A stretch of DNA of 64,000 nt from an uncultured delta proteobacterium (GCA_963706575.1 CAVPNL010000003.1:64001-128000), one strand, 5' to 3'; positions 9,143-19,414 are shown, counted from the first letter of the stretch. Made by a program: numbers and translations. Notes: generated by a model from the sequence alone, not told the origin.

Positions 9143-10180
9143 TTAATATTTAAATGGCCAAGTCTTCCAGTAAATTTTGACTCGCCGGTAAATACCGAAC
9201 AATCCTTGGGGTTCAATAAGGAGCGTTCCGACAATTATCAGGCCGAAAATGCCCAATTTGAAATCGACGATAAAGCCGCTCAATGCCGGGTATGTGCCCT
9301 TAATTAAATCCACAATATAAACAATTCCATGGGGAATACCGGTGATTAAAATAGCTCCCAGGACGGAACCCAGAACCGTCCCCAAACCGCCCATGATGAT
9401 CATGGCGATATAGGCAATTGAAAGCGAGATATCGAAACTGCCGGGAACAATCCAGCGGTTGTAATGAGCCATAAGGCAGCCTGCAACTCCGGCATAAAAA
9501 GCACTGAGGCCGAAGGCCATAACCTTATATTTTGCAAGGGAAATGCCCATGGCTTCGGCAGCAATATCTCTGTCGCGAATGGCAATAAAATTTCTACCGA
9601 TCTTAGAGCGAACTAGATTTTTCGTACACAAAACGGCTAAGACGTCAAACGACGCTATAAAATAAAAGTAGTGTCTTTGTGATTTGATTTGAAATGGCCC
9701 CATGGATATGCGTTTCACAGCCATACCCAAATCGCCCTGGGTTAAATCCCAGTGGAATAGAATGTATTCGATGACAAATGCGAAGGCCAGGGTCCCTAAA
9801 GCCAGGTACAATCCTTTCAAGCGCAATGAGGGAATTCCGATGATCAACCCCAAAATGGCCGCTATAAGGCCTGAAAACGGAAGCGAAATGATAAAGGGTA
9901 GGCCCAATTTTCCGGTTAGGAGGGCTGAACTGTAAGCACCAATGGCTGCAAAGGCACCATGCCCAAGAGATAGCTGACCCGTAAACCCGATCAACAAATT
10001 GAGCCCTAACGCCCCGATGACGGCGATACCCATCTCATTGAGGATGCTTAGCTGGTAACGGTTCAGAAAAAATGGTGAAACGATCATGAGCAAGACCAGA
10101 ATTGCCATCCAGGTTTTGACCCATAGATTCTGGAAGATGGCCGTATCTTCCTTGTAACTGACTTTGAATTTACTGCTCAC
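9143..10180 (-). CDS. ABC transporter permease, LivM-like
   Basis: GLNLLIGFTGQLSLGHGAF; LRLKGLYLAL; AIRDRDIAAEAMGI. Confidence 0.9.
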   Translation of the reverse strand: MSSKFKVSYKEDTAIFQNLWVKTWMAILVLLMIVSPFFLNRYQLSILNEMGIAVIGALGLNLLIGFTGQLSLGHGAFAAIGAYSSALLTGKLGLPFIISLPFSGLIAAILGLIIGIPSLRLKGLYLALGTLAFAFVIEYILFHWDLTQGDLGMAVKRISMGPFQIKSQRHYFYFIASFDVLAVLCTKNLVRSKIGRNFIAIRDRDIAAEAMGISLAKYKVMAFGLSAFYAGVAGCLMAHYNRWIVPGSFDISLSIAYIAMIIMGGLGTVLGSVLGAILITGIPHGIVYIVDLIKGTYPALSGFIVDFKLGIFGLIIVGTLLIEPQGLFGIYRRVKIYWKTWPFKY

Positions 10181-10196
10181 GCTGGTTCACCTTTTT

Positions 10197-11096
10197 TTAT
10201 ACTCGCTCCACTTCCTTTTTACCGAAGATGCCATAAGGCCTGATCATCAAGACCAGGATCATGATGACAAAGGCGGTTACATCTTTGATATCGCCGAAAT
10301 GAAACCCCGCGACCTCCATTCCGCTTAAATAACTGGCCGCGAAACTCTCAACCAGGCCGACAACGACACCCCCGATAATGGCACCCCCGAGGCTTTCCAT
10401 TCCACCTAAAATGGCGGCGGACATTGCTTTTATGCCAGTATGCCTCATGCCCGTATACACAAAGCTTTGCTCGGCCAAAAATATTCCGGCAACACTCGCC
10501 ACCAGGGCCCCAATGGCCCAGGCCAACATTTGCATCTTTTTGACATTGATACCCATTAATCCGGCTGTATCCGAATCCTCAGCCGTACCCTTCAGAGCAA
10601 CCCCCAATATGGTTCGATTGAAAAACACGATGAATAAAATGAAAAGAATGATGGATACGGCAATGGTTGACAACGAAGATAGTGTAAAAGTCATGTTCCC
10701 GCTGGCAACCGTCTTACCGATAAACGGTGAGCGAATTGAATAGGTATCATGTCCCCAGAATAAGCCGGTAAAACAAACAAGTATACTGGCCAATCCGATG
10801 GTCACCATAACGGTCGTGTGCATGGGTTCGCCAACCAGCCTTCTGAAAATCAGCACATCGATGAGGGCTCCCAACGCAGCGCCCAGCGCAATTGCTATCA
10901 AAAATGAAATCAAATAAGGGATATTGAGCAGTGTTGCAAAGTAATAACAAACATAAGCGCCCACCATACAGAGTTCGCCATGCGCGAAATTAAGAATTCC
11001 CGTGGATTTAAAAATCAAAACGAACCCGAGGGCAATTAACGCATATATCGCCCCCGTAGATAATCCACTAAAAATGATATCGATGATTTTTTCCAC
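10197..11096 (-). CDS. ABC transporter permease, LivH-like
   Basis: GAIYALIALGFVLIF...LNFAHGE; RPYGIFG. Confidence 0.9.
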   Translation of the reverse strand: MEKIIDIIFSGLSTGAIYALIALGFVLIFKSTGILNFAHGELCMVGAYVCYYFATLLNIPYLISFLIAIALGAALGALIDVLIFRRLVGEPMHTTVMVTIGLASILVCFTGLFWGHDTYSIRSPFIGKTVASGNMTFTLSSLSTIAVSIILFILFIVFFNRTILGVALKGTAEDSDTAGLMGINVKKMQMLAWAIGALVASVAGIFLAEQSFVYTGMRHTGIKAMSAAILGGMESLGGAIIGGVVVGLVESFAASYLSGMEVAGFHFGDIKDVTAFVIMILVLMIRPYGIFGKKEVERV

Positions 11097-12898
11097 TATG
11101 CGTACATCTCCTCGATCTCTTTTTGGAACCGCTTTGCAATCACTTTGCGCTTAACTTTTTGGGTAGCGGTGAGCTCTTCGTCGTCTTGGTCCAGTTCTTT
11201 TTCCAGGATTTTAAATTTCTTAACAGTCTCTACTCTGGCCAGGGTTTCGTTTACCATTTCAACTTCATGTTTTATCAATTCGTAGACTTCGGAATTTTGG
11301 GCAAGACTTTTATAGGTGGTATAGGCGATCTTGTTGCTTTGAGCCCAATTCCCCACATTGTCGTATTCAATCTGAATCAAGGCCGTAAGATACTTCATTC
11401 TATCACCTACGATGATGGCCTCTTTGATATAGGGGCTGCATTTCATTTTGTTTTCGATCTCTGAAGGAGATATGTTTTTCCCACCCGACGTGATAATGAT
11501 GTCCTTTTTACGATCAACGATATGGAGTTGCCCATCCTCATCTATCTCGCCAACATCACCCGTATGCAGCCATCCATCCCGAAGAATCTCCCGGGTCGCT
11601 TCAGGGTCCCTATAATATCCGGCGAATACGGAATCGGCATGAATAAGGATCTCACCGTCATCCGCCAACCGCAGTTTTACTGACCGGATGGGCTCTCCCA
11701 CGGCACCGGCCTTGATTTTATGATGTGGCCCTGTTCCCCCACCACAGCTTTCAGTCAATGCCCACATTTCGATGGCATAGACACCCAAGGAATGGTAAAA
11801 TTTAAGAATCTCGGGGGCTATGGGAGCACCACCGCTCATGAGCAGTTTACAATTCAAAAGGCCGAGCTTTTCTCTCACCGACCTAAAGCTCCAAAGATAT
11901 CCCAACCAGTAGAGAAAAGTCCATAAAAGAGGGCGCTCCTTATTCGTCATCCTATATTGAGCAACTCTCTCTCCCACGGGTTTCCAAAAGTGATACATGA
12001 ATCTCTTGAAGCGGGTCGTATCCTCAATTTTTATTTGTACTGTCGAATAAAGTTTTTCAAGGATCCTCGGAACTGCCGCAAAGAATGTGGGGGATATCTC
12101 TTGAATATTTTGTTGAACGGTATCTATGGATTCGGCAAAGTTGACCGTGTAGCCGATGACCAGCGGTATGCATACGGAAACGCCTCGTTCTAAGATGTGG
12201 CAAAGAGGCAGGTAAGATAATACCGAATCCTTATCTGTAAATTGGAAGATGTCGTTTATTGCGTATATATTGTAGATGTGGTTTTGGTGCGGAATCATAC
12301 AGCCTTTAGGAGGTCCTGTTGTCCCGGAAGTATAAATGATAAAAGCCTTGTCCCGGGGTTCCGTTTGGTCGACGAGTTTGTAAAATCGGTCGGGGTTTTT
12401 TTGGTCAGCGCTACTTCCCAGATCTTCGACCGCGCTAAAGCTGATGATCATCGGATCGTCGTAATGGCGCAGCCCCTTCATATCGATGACGACGATATTT
12501 CGCAGCATTGGGAGGCTGTCTTTAACGGCCAGCACTTTGTCCGTCTGCTCCTGATCTCCGACGATCACGAATCGCGATCTGGAGTGATCGAGGATATATT
12601 TGACCTGGTCTTCAGAATTGGTCGCATAAATCCCGACGGAAACGCCCCGCAGACTCTGGGCGGCAATGTCGGCAAATACCCATTCCGGGCAGTTTTCCCC
12701 CAGAATCGAAACATGATCACCGGCCTGCATGCCAAGCTCGGCCAATCCCAGTGAAAAATTTTTGACCTTTTCCAGATAGGTGTTCCAGGATATTTCCTGC
12801 CAGATCCCCTTGTACTTCTCGCGCATGGCCACCCGATCCTGATACATGCGGGCTTTTTCAACCAGCAGTTTGGGATAAGTTGTGTTCGGTTTTTCCAT
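11096..12898 (-). CDS. Long-chain acyl-CoA synthetase embedded in the ABC operon
   Basis: IIYTSGTTGPPKG, SYLPLCHI, GWLHTGDVG, DRKKDIIITSGGKNISP. Likely start ATG 12898 (track start 12946 abuts a repeat). Confidence 0.9.
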   Translation of the reverse strand: MEKPNTTYPKLLVEKARMYQDRVAMREKYKGIWQEISWNTYLEKVKNFSLGLAELGMQAGDHVSILGENCPEWVFADIAAQSLRGVSVGIYATNSEDQVKYILDHSRSRFVIVGDQEQTDKVLAVKDSLPMLRNIVVIDMKGLRHYDDPMIISFSAVEDLGSSADQKNPDRFYKLVDQTEPRDKAFIIYTSGTTGPPKGCMIPHQNHIYNIYAINDIFQFTDKDSVLSYLPLCHILERGVSVCIPLVIGYTVNFAESIDTVQQNIQEISPTFFAAVPRILEKLYSTVQIKIEDTTRFKRFMYHFWKPVGERVAQYRMTNKERPLLWTFLYWLGYLWSFRSVREKLGLLNCKLLMSGGAPIAPEILKFYHSLGVYAIEMWALTESCGGGTGPHHKIKAGAVGEPIRSVKLRLADDGEILIHADSVFAGYYRDPEATREILRDGWLHTGDVGEIDEDGQLHIVDRKKDIIITSGGKNISPSEIENKMKCSPYIKEAIIVGDRMKYLTALIQIEYDNVGNWAQSNKIAYTTYKSLAQNSEVYELIKHEVEMVNETLARVETVKKFKILEKELDQDDEELTATQKVKRKVIAKRFQKEIEEMYA

Positions 12899-12947
12899 CG
12901 GAAAAATCCTGAATCCGGCCAAGCCGGAGCCAGAAAGGGTAACCAAA

Positions 12948-13016
12948 TCACGAAAGACCGAAAACGCGAAAGGAAAAGATAATTCTTCAGGCTTTCAAAT
13001 TTTCGTGTTTTCGTGA
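12948..13016. repeat. Intergenic imperfect inverted repeat element
   Basis: ATCACGAAAGACCGAAAACGCGAAAG ... CTTTCAAATTTTCGTGTTTTCGTGAT. Confidence 0.55.
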
Positions 13017-13049
13017 TGAAAAAATTAGCTAAAAAATCTAAAGCTATAA

Positions 13050-13853
13050 TTATGGGGCAGCCGCTTGTTGGGTTTCTCCCAGGTAGGCTTTTATTACCTG
13101 GGGATTCTGGGCAATCTCCTGGGGAGATCCTTCGGCAATTTTGGTCCCGAAGTTCAGCACCGTTACCCTGTCGGAGAGATCCATCACCACACCCATCTCG
13201 TGCTCCACCAGGATGATGGTGATGTTCATCTCTTCACTGATGTCCATCATATAACGGGCCATATCTTCAGTTTCTTCAACATTCATTCCGCTGACGGGCT
13301 CATCAATCAACAGCAGTTTGGGTCTCATCGCCAAAGCCCTTCCCAGCTCCACCCGTTTTTGCAATCCGTAGGACAGGCTGCCTACCGGTAATTTTCGCAT
13401 GTTCTGTAAATCCAAAAATTCGATAATTTCTTCAACCTCATCGCGACAGCGAACTTCTTCTTGCAAACACTTCCCCCAGAAGACTGCAGCTCTTAAAAAG
13501 CCATATCGCATCGCATGGCCTCGTGCCGACATTAGGTTGTCTAAAACCGTCATCCCCTTGAACAATTCGATATTCTGAAACGCACGGGCGATTCCCTGCT
13601 GTGCAATCTTGTGGGGTTTCATTCCCATGATCTCACTGCTTTCGAACAAAATACTTCCCTCTTGAGCCTGATAAATACCGCTGATACAGTTGAACAACGT
13701 GGTTTTACCAGCGCCGTTGGGCCCAATGATCGAATAAATCTCGCCGTTGTGCACCGCAAGGGATACCGTGTTCAGCGCCTGGATTCCGCCGAAGCTGATC
13801 GAGAGCTCCACAACCTGCAATTGAAGAGACTGATTGTTTTCTATGAAAGCCAT
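13050..13853 (-). CDS. ABC ATP-binding protein, LivG-like
   Basis: GPNGAGKTT, LSYGLQKRVE, LIDEP, EH. Confidence 0.92.
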   Translation of the reverse strand: MAFIENNQSLQLQVVELSISFGGIQALNTVSLAVHNGEIYSIIGPNGAGKTTLFNCISGIYQAQEGSILFESSEIMGMKPHKIAQQGIARAFQNIELFKGMTVLDNLMSARGHAMRYGFLRAAVFWGKCLQEEVRCRDEVEEIIEFLDLQNMRKLPVGSLSYGLQKRVELGRALAMRPKLLLIDEPVSGMNVEETEDMARYMMDISEEMNITIILVEHEMGVVMDLSDRVTVLNFGTKIAEGSPQEIAQNPQVIKAYLGETQQAAAP

Positions 13854-14635
13854 CTTTTCCTGCGTTTGTAATGTTTGACTTCCCGGAAACTTCTACGGAC
13901 ACCTGTCTCAGACAACCCCAGATAAAATTCGCGGATATCTTTGTCCTGGAGTAACTTCTGGCTGGTTGCTTCCATCACGATTCTGCCGTTTTCCAGGATA
14001 TATCCGTAATGGGCAATGGACAGGGCCATATTGGCATTTTGCTCCACAAGCAAAATGGTTATATCTTCTTCCTGATTGATACGCCGGATAATCTCGAAAA
14101 TTTCCTCCACAATCAAAGGGGCCAGACCCAAGGAAGGTTCGTCCAACATTATTAGTTTGGGGCTGGCCACCAGAGCCCTGGCTATAGCCAGCATCTGCTG
14201 TTCGCCGCCGCTCAGGTAGCCCGCGAGTTGTTGGACGCGGCGAGGCAGGAAGGGAAAGTAACCGAAGACCATTTCTTTATTTTTTTGAAAGTCAGCCCGA
14301 TTTATCAGGCTGTAAGAGCCGATTATCAAATTTTCTTCGACGGTCAACTCTGCAAAAATCCGCCGCCCCTCGGGTACCTGTAAAATCCCTTTGGATACGA
14401 TTTCATGAGGTTCCCTGTCGTTTATCATCTCACCTTCAAAATCGATGCTCCCGTCTTCGACCACTAAATCCAGCGTTTTGCGTATACCGGAAATGGTATT
14501 GATGGTGGTTGACTTACCTGCTCCGTTTGCCCCCAATAAGGTCACAATTTTTCCTGCTGGAATTTCAATAGAAATTCCCTTGAGCGCAAGAACAATATCA
14601 TTGTAGGTTGTCTCCAGATTGGTTACCTGCAACAT
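13841..14635 (-). CDS. ABC ATP-binding protein, LivF-like
   Basis: GANGAGKST, VPEGRRIF, LSGGEQQM, LDEPSLGLAP. Confidence 0.92.
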   Translation of the reverse strand: MLQVTNLETTYNDIVLALKGISIEIPAGKIVTLLGANGAGKSTTINTISGIRKTLDLVVEDGSIDFEGEMINDREPHEIVSKGILQVPEGRRIFAELTVEENLIIGSYSLINRADFQKNKEMVFGYFPFLPRRVQQLAGYLSGGEQQMLAIARALVASPKLIMLDEPSLGLAPLIVEEIFEIIRRINQEEDITILLVEQNANMALSIAHYGYILENGRIVMEATSQKLLQDKDIREFYLGLSETGVRRSFREVKHYKRRKRWLS

Positions 14636-14663
14636 ACAGTCTTTCCCTCGAAGGCGTCACGTA

Positions 14664-15815
14664 TTAAAGCCCATATCCGGCACCGATGCGAGCCTTTAAT
14701 GATTCGAGGCTGGCACCGGCAGTTGTCAGCGACATGGCGTCCCGTACATAACGCTGAATGTCGTACTCCATGGTGTATCCGTATCCCCCATATATTTGCA
14801 ATCCATCCATAGCTGCCCGGCGGGCGGTTTCAGATGCCCTACATTTGGCCATGGATATTTCTCTCGAAAACGGCTGTTGTTGATCGGCCAGCCAGGCCGC
14901 GCGGTAAAGCATCAGACGGGCGGCTTCAAGGTCAAAGGCGACTTCAGTCAGCATGTTGCGAATGACATTGAACTTGCCGATGGCCTGACCGAATTGAACG
15001 CGCTGCTTGGCATAGGCAAGGGTGTAGTCAAAGGCACCCTGAGCCAACCCCACAGCCTCAGAAGCCACTGCCAGCAATGCGATGTCTAAAATCTGCCCCC
15101 ATTGTTGATCGGCCCGGCCCAACTGGTCCGACCCGCCGAGAACATCCTCTTCACCGACTTCGGCTGCGTCGATGCGCACCCGGCAAAAATTGAGGCCTTT
15201 ATAGCCGAGTTTTTCGATCGGTTCGACGGTCACGCCAGGTGTTTTGCGCTTGACACAAAAAAAGGTTAAAGCCTGATCTTCGGCTTCAAAATTCTCATTC
15301 CGAGCCGCTACCAGCAGCAGATCTGCTTTATCGGCATTGCTGATATATTGTTTTTCACCGCTGATACGAAAAATGCTTCCGGTTTTTACCGCAGACGTTT
15401 GAATACCCGCCAGACCCTGATCCGAGTTCTTTTCGGTATGCGCCCAAGCCACCGCCAGTTTGCCTGCTGCACATTTGGGCAAATAAGTTTGCTTTTGATT
15501 TTCACTGCCCAAGGCCGATATTACGGCACCGCCGAAAAACGTCGGGCCGGTGTACCATCGGGCCAGAGCCGGATAGGCCGTCGCAATGGTTTCGGTGACG
15601 ATACAGGCCCCCAGGACATTGCGGCCCTCACCTCCGATTTCTTCGGGGATCATCATTCCGCAAAAGCCCAACTGGGATAACTTTTTGGCAAGCTTGGCCG
15701 GGAAGTCGTTGCGCTCATCCATTTCTGCAACTACATCCCGCGTGCACTCCTTGGAAACCCAGTCATAAATGGCATCTTTGATCATCGCGTCTTCGCGCGA
15801 CAGCTTAAAGTCCAT
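14664..15815 (-). CDS. Acyl-CoA dehydrogenase family, probable non-catalytic subunit
   Basis: Retains RVQFGQAIG and QIYGGYGY; lacks the TEPxxGSD motif and a Glu at either catalytic position. Confidence 0.85.
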   Translation of the reverse strand: MDFKLSREDAMIKDAIYDWVSKECTRDVVAEMDERNDFPAKLAKKLSQLGFCGMMIPEEIGGEGRNVLGACIVTETIATAYPALARWYTGPTFFGGAVISALGSENQKQTYLPKCAAGKLAVAWAHTEKNSDQGLAGIQTSAVKTGSIFRISGEKQYISNADKADLLLVAARNENFEAEDQALTFFCVKRKTPGVTVEPIEKLGYKGLNFCRVRIDAAEVGEEDVLGGSDQLGRADQQWGQILDIALLAVASEAVGLAQGAFDYTLAYAKQRVQFGQAIGKFNVIRNMLTEVAFDLEAARLMLYRAAWLADQQQPFSREISMAKCRASETARRAAMDGLQIYGGYGYTMEYDIQRYVRDAMSLTTAGASLESLKARIGAGYGL

Positions 15816-15910
15816 TATCCGTATCCTCCTGGTCGTTATTCCGGCCTATCGTCTTAGGTCTTCAATCATTTGTTCGTTTATATACAACGGTTTCAGGTTC
15901 AGAGCCTTTT

Positions 15911-15992
15911 GACTGCGGAAGTCGGAAATGGAAAGAAATGACTTCTGTCCTTTGGATTTATTTTCCGCATTTCGCATTCCGAATTCGAATCT
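15911..15992. repeat. Intergenic inverted element with ~7-nt subrepeats
   Basis: TGCGGAAGTCGGAAATGGAA ... TTCCGCATTTCGCATTCCGAATTCGAAT; TGCGGAAGTCGGAA recurs near 46838. Confidence 0.5.
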
Positions 15993-15993
15993 T

Positions 15994-17139
15994 TCAAAGC
16001 CCCAGTGTTTTGGCAATAATATTTTTCTGAATCTGAGTGGTCCCGCCTCCGATGGAAAGAATACTGACATCCCGGAAATAACGCTGCACAGCGCAGGCCA
16101 TGGTATAGGCGTAATTTCCCATGATTTGCATCGCTGTTAGTGCTATTTTCTTGCCGGTTTCGGCACAAAGGTACTTGCTCATTGAAGTTTCGCGAACGCA
16201 TTCCATCTTATTCGTTTCCTTCCAGGCCGCATAGTATGCCAGCTGACGCGCGGCTTCCAGTTCGGTGGCCATTTCAACGACTTTGTGCTCGATGTCCTGA
16301 AATTTCCCGGCCGGTTGGCTCAGTTTAACCCGTTCCCGGACGTAGTCAATGACGTCGACCAATATTTTCTCGCCGATGCCCAGGGCACAAGACGAAAGTA
16401 CTAAACGCTCGCCGTTGAGCAATCGCATCATCTGTCGCCAGCCCTGATTGAGGCAGTCTTCGCCTCCCAGAATGTTTTGCGGGGCAACGCTCACATTATT
16501 GTAATAAACTTCACATGTATTTGATCCCTTGTATCCCAACTTTTTAATCGGACTGGCGCTATAGCCTGTCGATTTGGTGTCGACCAGAAAGGCGGTGATA
16601 CCCTCATATCGGCCCGGTGCCGTGCGGGTATTGGTGACGGCGATATCTGCCACCCCGGCACCGGATATGAAGATCTTACTGCCATTGATGACATAATGAT
16701 CGTTCATTTTTTCTGCGGCCGTCTGAATGCTGGCGGCATCCGACCCGGCATCCGGTTCCGTCAGTGCAAAGCAGAAAATCAATTCTCCTTGGGCCAGTTT
16801 CGGAAGATAGGCTTCTTTCTGAGCCTTGTTTCCGTTGGTTTTTATGATATTGTTTCCATACAGAAGGACATCTCCGGCAGTCCAGGCCAGTACCGGGAGG
16901 CCTTTGGTAATTTCCTCAAAAAAGACCATTTCATCAATGACATTACCCCCCAGTCCGCCGTATTCTTGCGGCACGTTGATCGCCCAGAATCCCTGGTCAG
17001 CAAGTTTTTGCATCAGCTCAAAGGGAAATTCATCGGCAGCTTCGATGGCTGCAGCAATCTCGGATGAAATTTCCGCTTTTACAAAATTGCGGGTTTTTTC
17101 TTTTAGCCGTCGATTTTTCTCGGTCAGTATATGATCCAT
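15994..17139 (-). CDS. Acyl-CoA dehydrogenase family, probable catalytic subunit
   Basis: FALTEPDAGSD, GSKIFIS, LNGERL (Glu), SIGGGTTQIQ. Start ATG 17139 follows AAGGA. Confidence 0.9.
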   Translation of the reverse strand: MDHILTEKNRRLKEKTRNFVKAEISSEIAAAIEAADEFPFELMQKLADQGFWAINVPQEYGGLGGNVIDEMVFFEEITKGLPVLAWTAGDVLLYGNNIIKTNGNKAQKEAYLPKLAQGELIFCFALTEPDAGSDAASIQTAAEKMNDHYVINGSKIFISGAGVADIAVTNTRTAPGRYEGITAFLVDTKSTGYSASPIKKLGYKGSNTCEVYYNNVSVAPQNILGGEDCLNQGWRQMMRLLNGERLVLSSCALGIGEKILVDVIDYVRERVKLSQPAGKFQDIEHKVVEMATELEAARQLAYYAAWKETNKMECVRETSMSKYLCAETGKKIALTAMQIMGNYAYTMACAVQRYFRDVSILSIGGGTTQIQKNIIAKTLGL

Positions 17140-17149
17140 TTTTTCATCC

Positions 17150-17914
17150 TTAAAAGAATGCACCTCCGTTAACTACCAGAATGTGACCGGTCATGTAATT
17201 CGTTGCAGTTGATGCAAGATAGAGCGCTGTTTGGGCAATTTCTTCAGGTGTGGCCACGCATTTGAGCGGAGTAGATTTAAACTCGCGTTCCATCAGTTTT
17301 TCATTTGTCCAGAGCGCCTTGCTGAAGTCGGTCTTGACGATTCGCGGTGCAATGGCATTGACCCTTACGTTGTAAGGCCCCATTTCCAAGGCCATCTGTT
17401 TGGTCAACATGTTGATTCCGGCTTTACTAATGCAGTACGGTCCCAATCCTTCGGCCGGACTGACACCACCGGCCGAGGAAACATTGATAATATTACCGGT
17501 TTTCTGTTCGCGCATGATCTTGCCGACCAGTTTGGACATCATAAAATAGCCTTTTAGGTTGGTGTCGATGATATGGTCGTATACGGATTCTTTTGTGTCA
17601 ACGATGGGCCCCATGGCCGGGTTGGTGGCCGCATTGTTGACCAAAACATCGATGCGGCCAAAAGCATCCATGGTCTGGTTCACCAGATTTTCCAGATCTT
17701 CTACTTTTTTGGCGTGAGTCGGAATACAAAGTGTTTTTCTTCCCATTGCTTTGATTTCTTCCGCCACTTTTTCCAGATCCGGCAATTTCCGGCTGGCAAT
17801 CACCACATCAGCGCCTGCATCTGCAAATGTCAGGGCGACGGCCTTGCCAATGCCCCGGCTGCCACCGGTAACCAGCGCGATCTTACCTTCAAGCGAAAGA
17901 TAAGTTGTATCCAT
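17150..17914 (-). CDS. SDR-family oxidoreductase
   Basis: TGGSRGIG, NNAATNP, YCISK; RBS AGGAGG. Confidence 0.92.
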   Translation of the reverse strand: MDTTYLSLEGKIALVTGGSRGIGKAVALTFADAGADVVIASRKLPDLEKVAEEIKAMGRKTLCIPTHAKKVEDLENLVNQTMDAFGRIDVLVNNAATNPAMGPIVDTKESVYDHIIDTNLKGYFMMSKLVGKIMREQKTGNIINVSSAGGVSPAEGLGPYCISKAGINMLTKQMALEMGPYNVRVNAIAPRIVKTDFSKALWTNEKLMEREFKSTPLKCVATPEEIAQTALYLASTATNYMTGHILVVNGGAFF

Positions 17915-17980
17915 TGATTTTCCTCCTGAGATTGCTGCTACCGAATTGAGCTAAAATCGCTCATTTAGCATTTAATCGGT

Positions 17981-19414
17981 TCATTTTGCGATCTGGGCCA
18001 TTTCCTCGACCAACTGCTTACACTCTGCCAGCACTTTACCGGCTTCCATAAAAATGGTCATGCGCTCGGCCATCGGTGATCCTTCACCGTGCAAACAGAT
18101 GGTTTCAAGATCCGAACTGGTAATACGGCGAATCAAATCGAACATGCGCAGCCGGTTTTCCGCTGAAACCGTCTTGACGCCCTGTAGATATTTGTCGATG
18201 TCTGCCTGCATTTCGGGCAATTGATAATCCTTGTAACTCGGTGCGGTGACGACCAGACCACCGGCCAGATCCTGAACGATTTTGACGACATCATGATAGT
18301 AATGCGCAAAGTGGTATTTGGCCATGTTGGTGGCGATCGGATTGGGAACCGCCAGACCACCGCGCATGACAAAATCATAGCAGGCGGTTTTGGACAGGGA
18401 TTTGAGAGTTTCGAGGTAAATCACCAGATCGGTAATCTTTTCCCTGACATGAGGGGCTTTGGATATGCCATTGTAATCGGCGATGGCCGCGGCTGCGCCA
18501 ACAAGCTGCTCGGACAGCGGAATGCGGTATGCGCAGCCGGTGCGACGGTGCATGAGGGCAAAATTATAAACCAAAGTGGCGGCAAATTTCCATTCACCGC
18601 ACAGAAATACCCGCTCCCATGGAACCAGTACATCGTCAAAGACGATTAGTGAGTCCGTATGCACCCGAACCGGTCGGGTATTGGGAAATTCCAGTGGGCT
18701 GAGATGGGAGCGGAAAGGGCGACAAACCTGCCGAATTCCCTCAGTGTTGGCGGGAATGGCAAATGAAATCGCGTAGTCCGTATCCTCTTCCGTCATCGCC
18801 CGACAGGGAAGCACGAAAATGTCGTTGCAATAGGCGGCGCCCGTAATATGGATTTTGGCTCCCCGCACTATGATGCCTTTGCCGTTTTGATCGACTTTGC
18901 GGACGTAAAAATCCGGATGGGCCTGTCCGGGATCCGAAGGTCGCAGCATGCGGTCACCCTTGACACAGGTAACCCCGGCACAGGTTGCCAGATCCTTTTC
19001 TTGAAGCTCTTTACGATAATTTTCGATCCTGTCGATATAGTCCTGATTTCCGATGATGTTGGCGGTGATGTTTATCGCATTGAGGGCATCCGCGCCGATA
19101 TCGTGGGCCAGTGGAATATATCCGTCACCCAGCTCTGTGGCTTTGACGATCAGTTCATGGGCCTTTAACAGGTCTTCGGCATTCTGAGGTTTGTAATAGT
19201 AGCGGCTGATCTCCTCACCGTCTTCAGGGTCTTTGATCACTGCCAGATCTTTGAATTCATCTTTTTCCGCCATCTCATAATCAATGGCCATCAAGTCGGC
19301 ACAGACCCCTAGTTCCGGATGGGTGGCGACATTTTCTATCTTTTCGCCTTTATAAAACACCACCCTGCCATCGTTTAAACTTTCCTTATATTGTGCTGCT
19401 GAAATTAAGCCCAT
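17981..19414 (-). CDS. 4-hydroxybutyryl-CoA dehydratase / 4-hydroxyphenylacetate 3-hydroxylase (AbfD/HpaB) family flavoprotein, divergent
   Basis: YKESLNDGR...HP; KGDRMLRP; GIIVRGAKIHIT; VFDDVLVPWERVF; MHRR; HGEGSP. Confidence 0.85.
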   Translation of the reverse strand: MGLISAAQYKESLNDGRVVFYKGEKIENVATHPELGVCADLMAIDYEMAEKDEFKDLAVIKDPEDGEEISRYYYKPQNAEDLLKAHELIVKATELGDGYIPLAHDIGADALNAINITANIIGNQDYIDRIENYRKELQEKDLATCAGVTCVKGDRMLRPSDPGQAHPDFYVRKVDQNGKGIIVRGAKIHITGAAYCNDIFVLPCRAMTEEDTDYAISFAIPANTEGIRQVCRPFRSHLSPLEFPNTRPVRVHTDSLIVFDDVLVPWERVFLCGEWKFAATLVYNFALMHRRTGCAYRIPLSEQLVGAAAAIADYNGISKAPHVREKITDLVIYLETLKSLSKTACYDFVMRGGLAVPNPIATNMAKYHFAHYYHDVVKIVQDLAGGLVVTAPSYKDYQLPEMQADIDKYLQGVKTVSAENRLRMFDLIRRITSSDLETICLHGEGSPMAERMTIFMEAGKVLAECKQLVEEMAQIAK

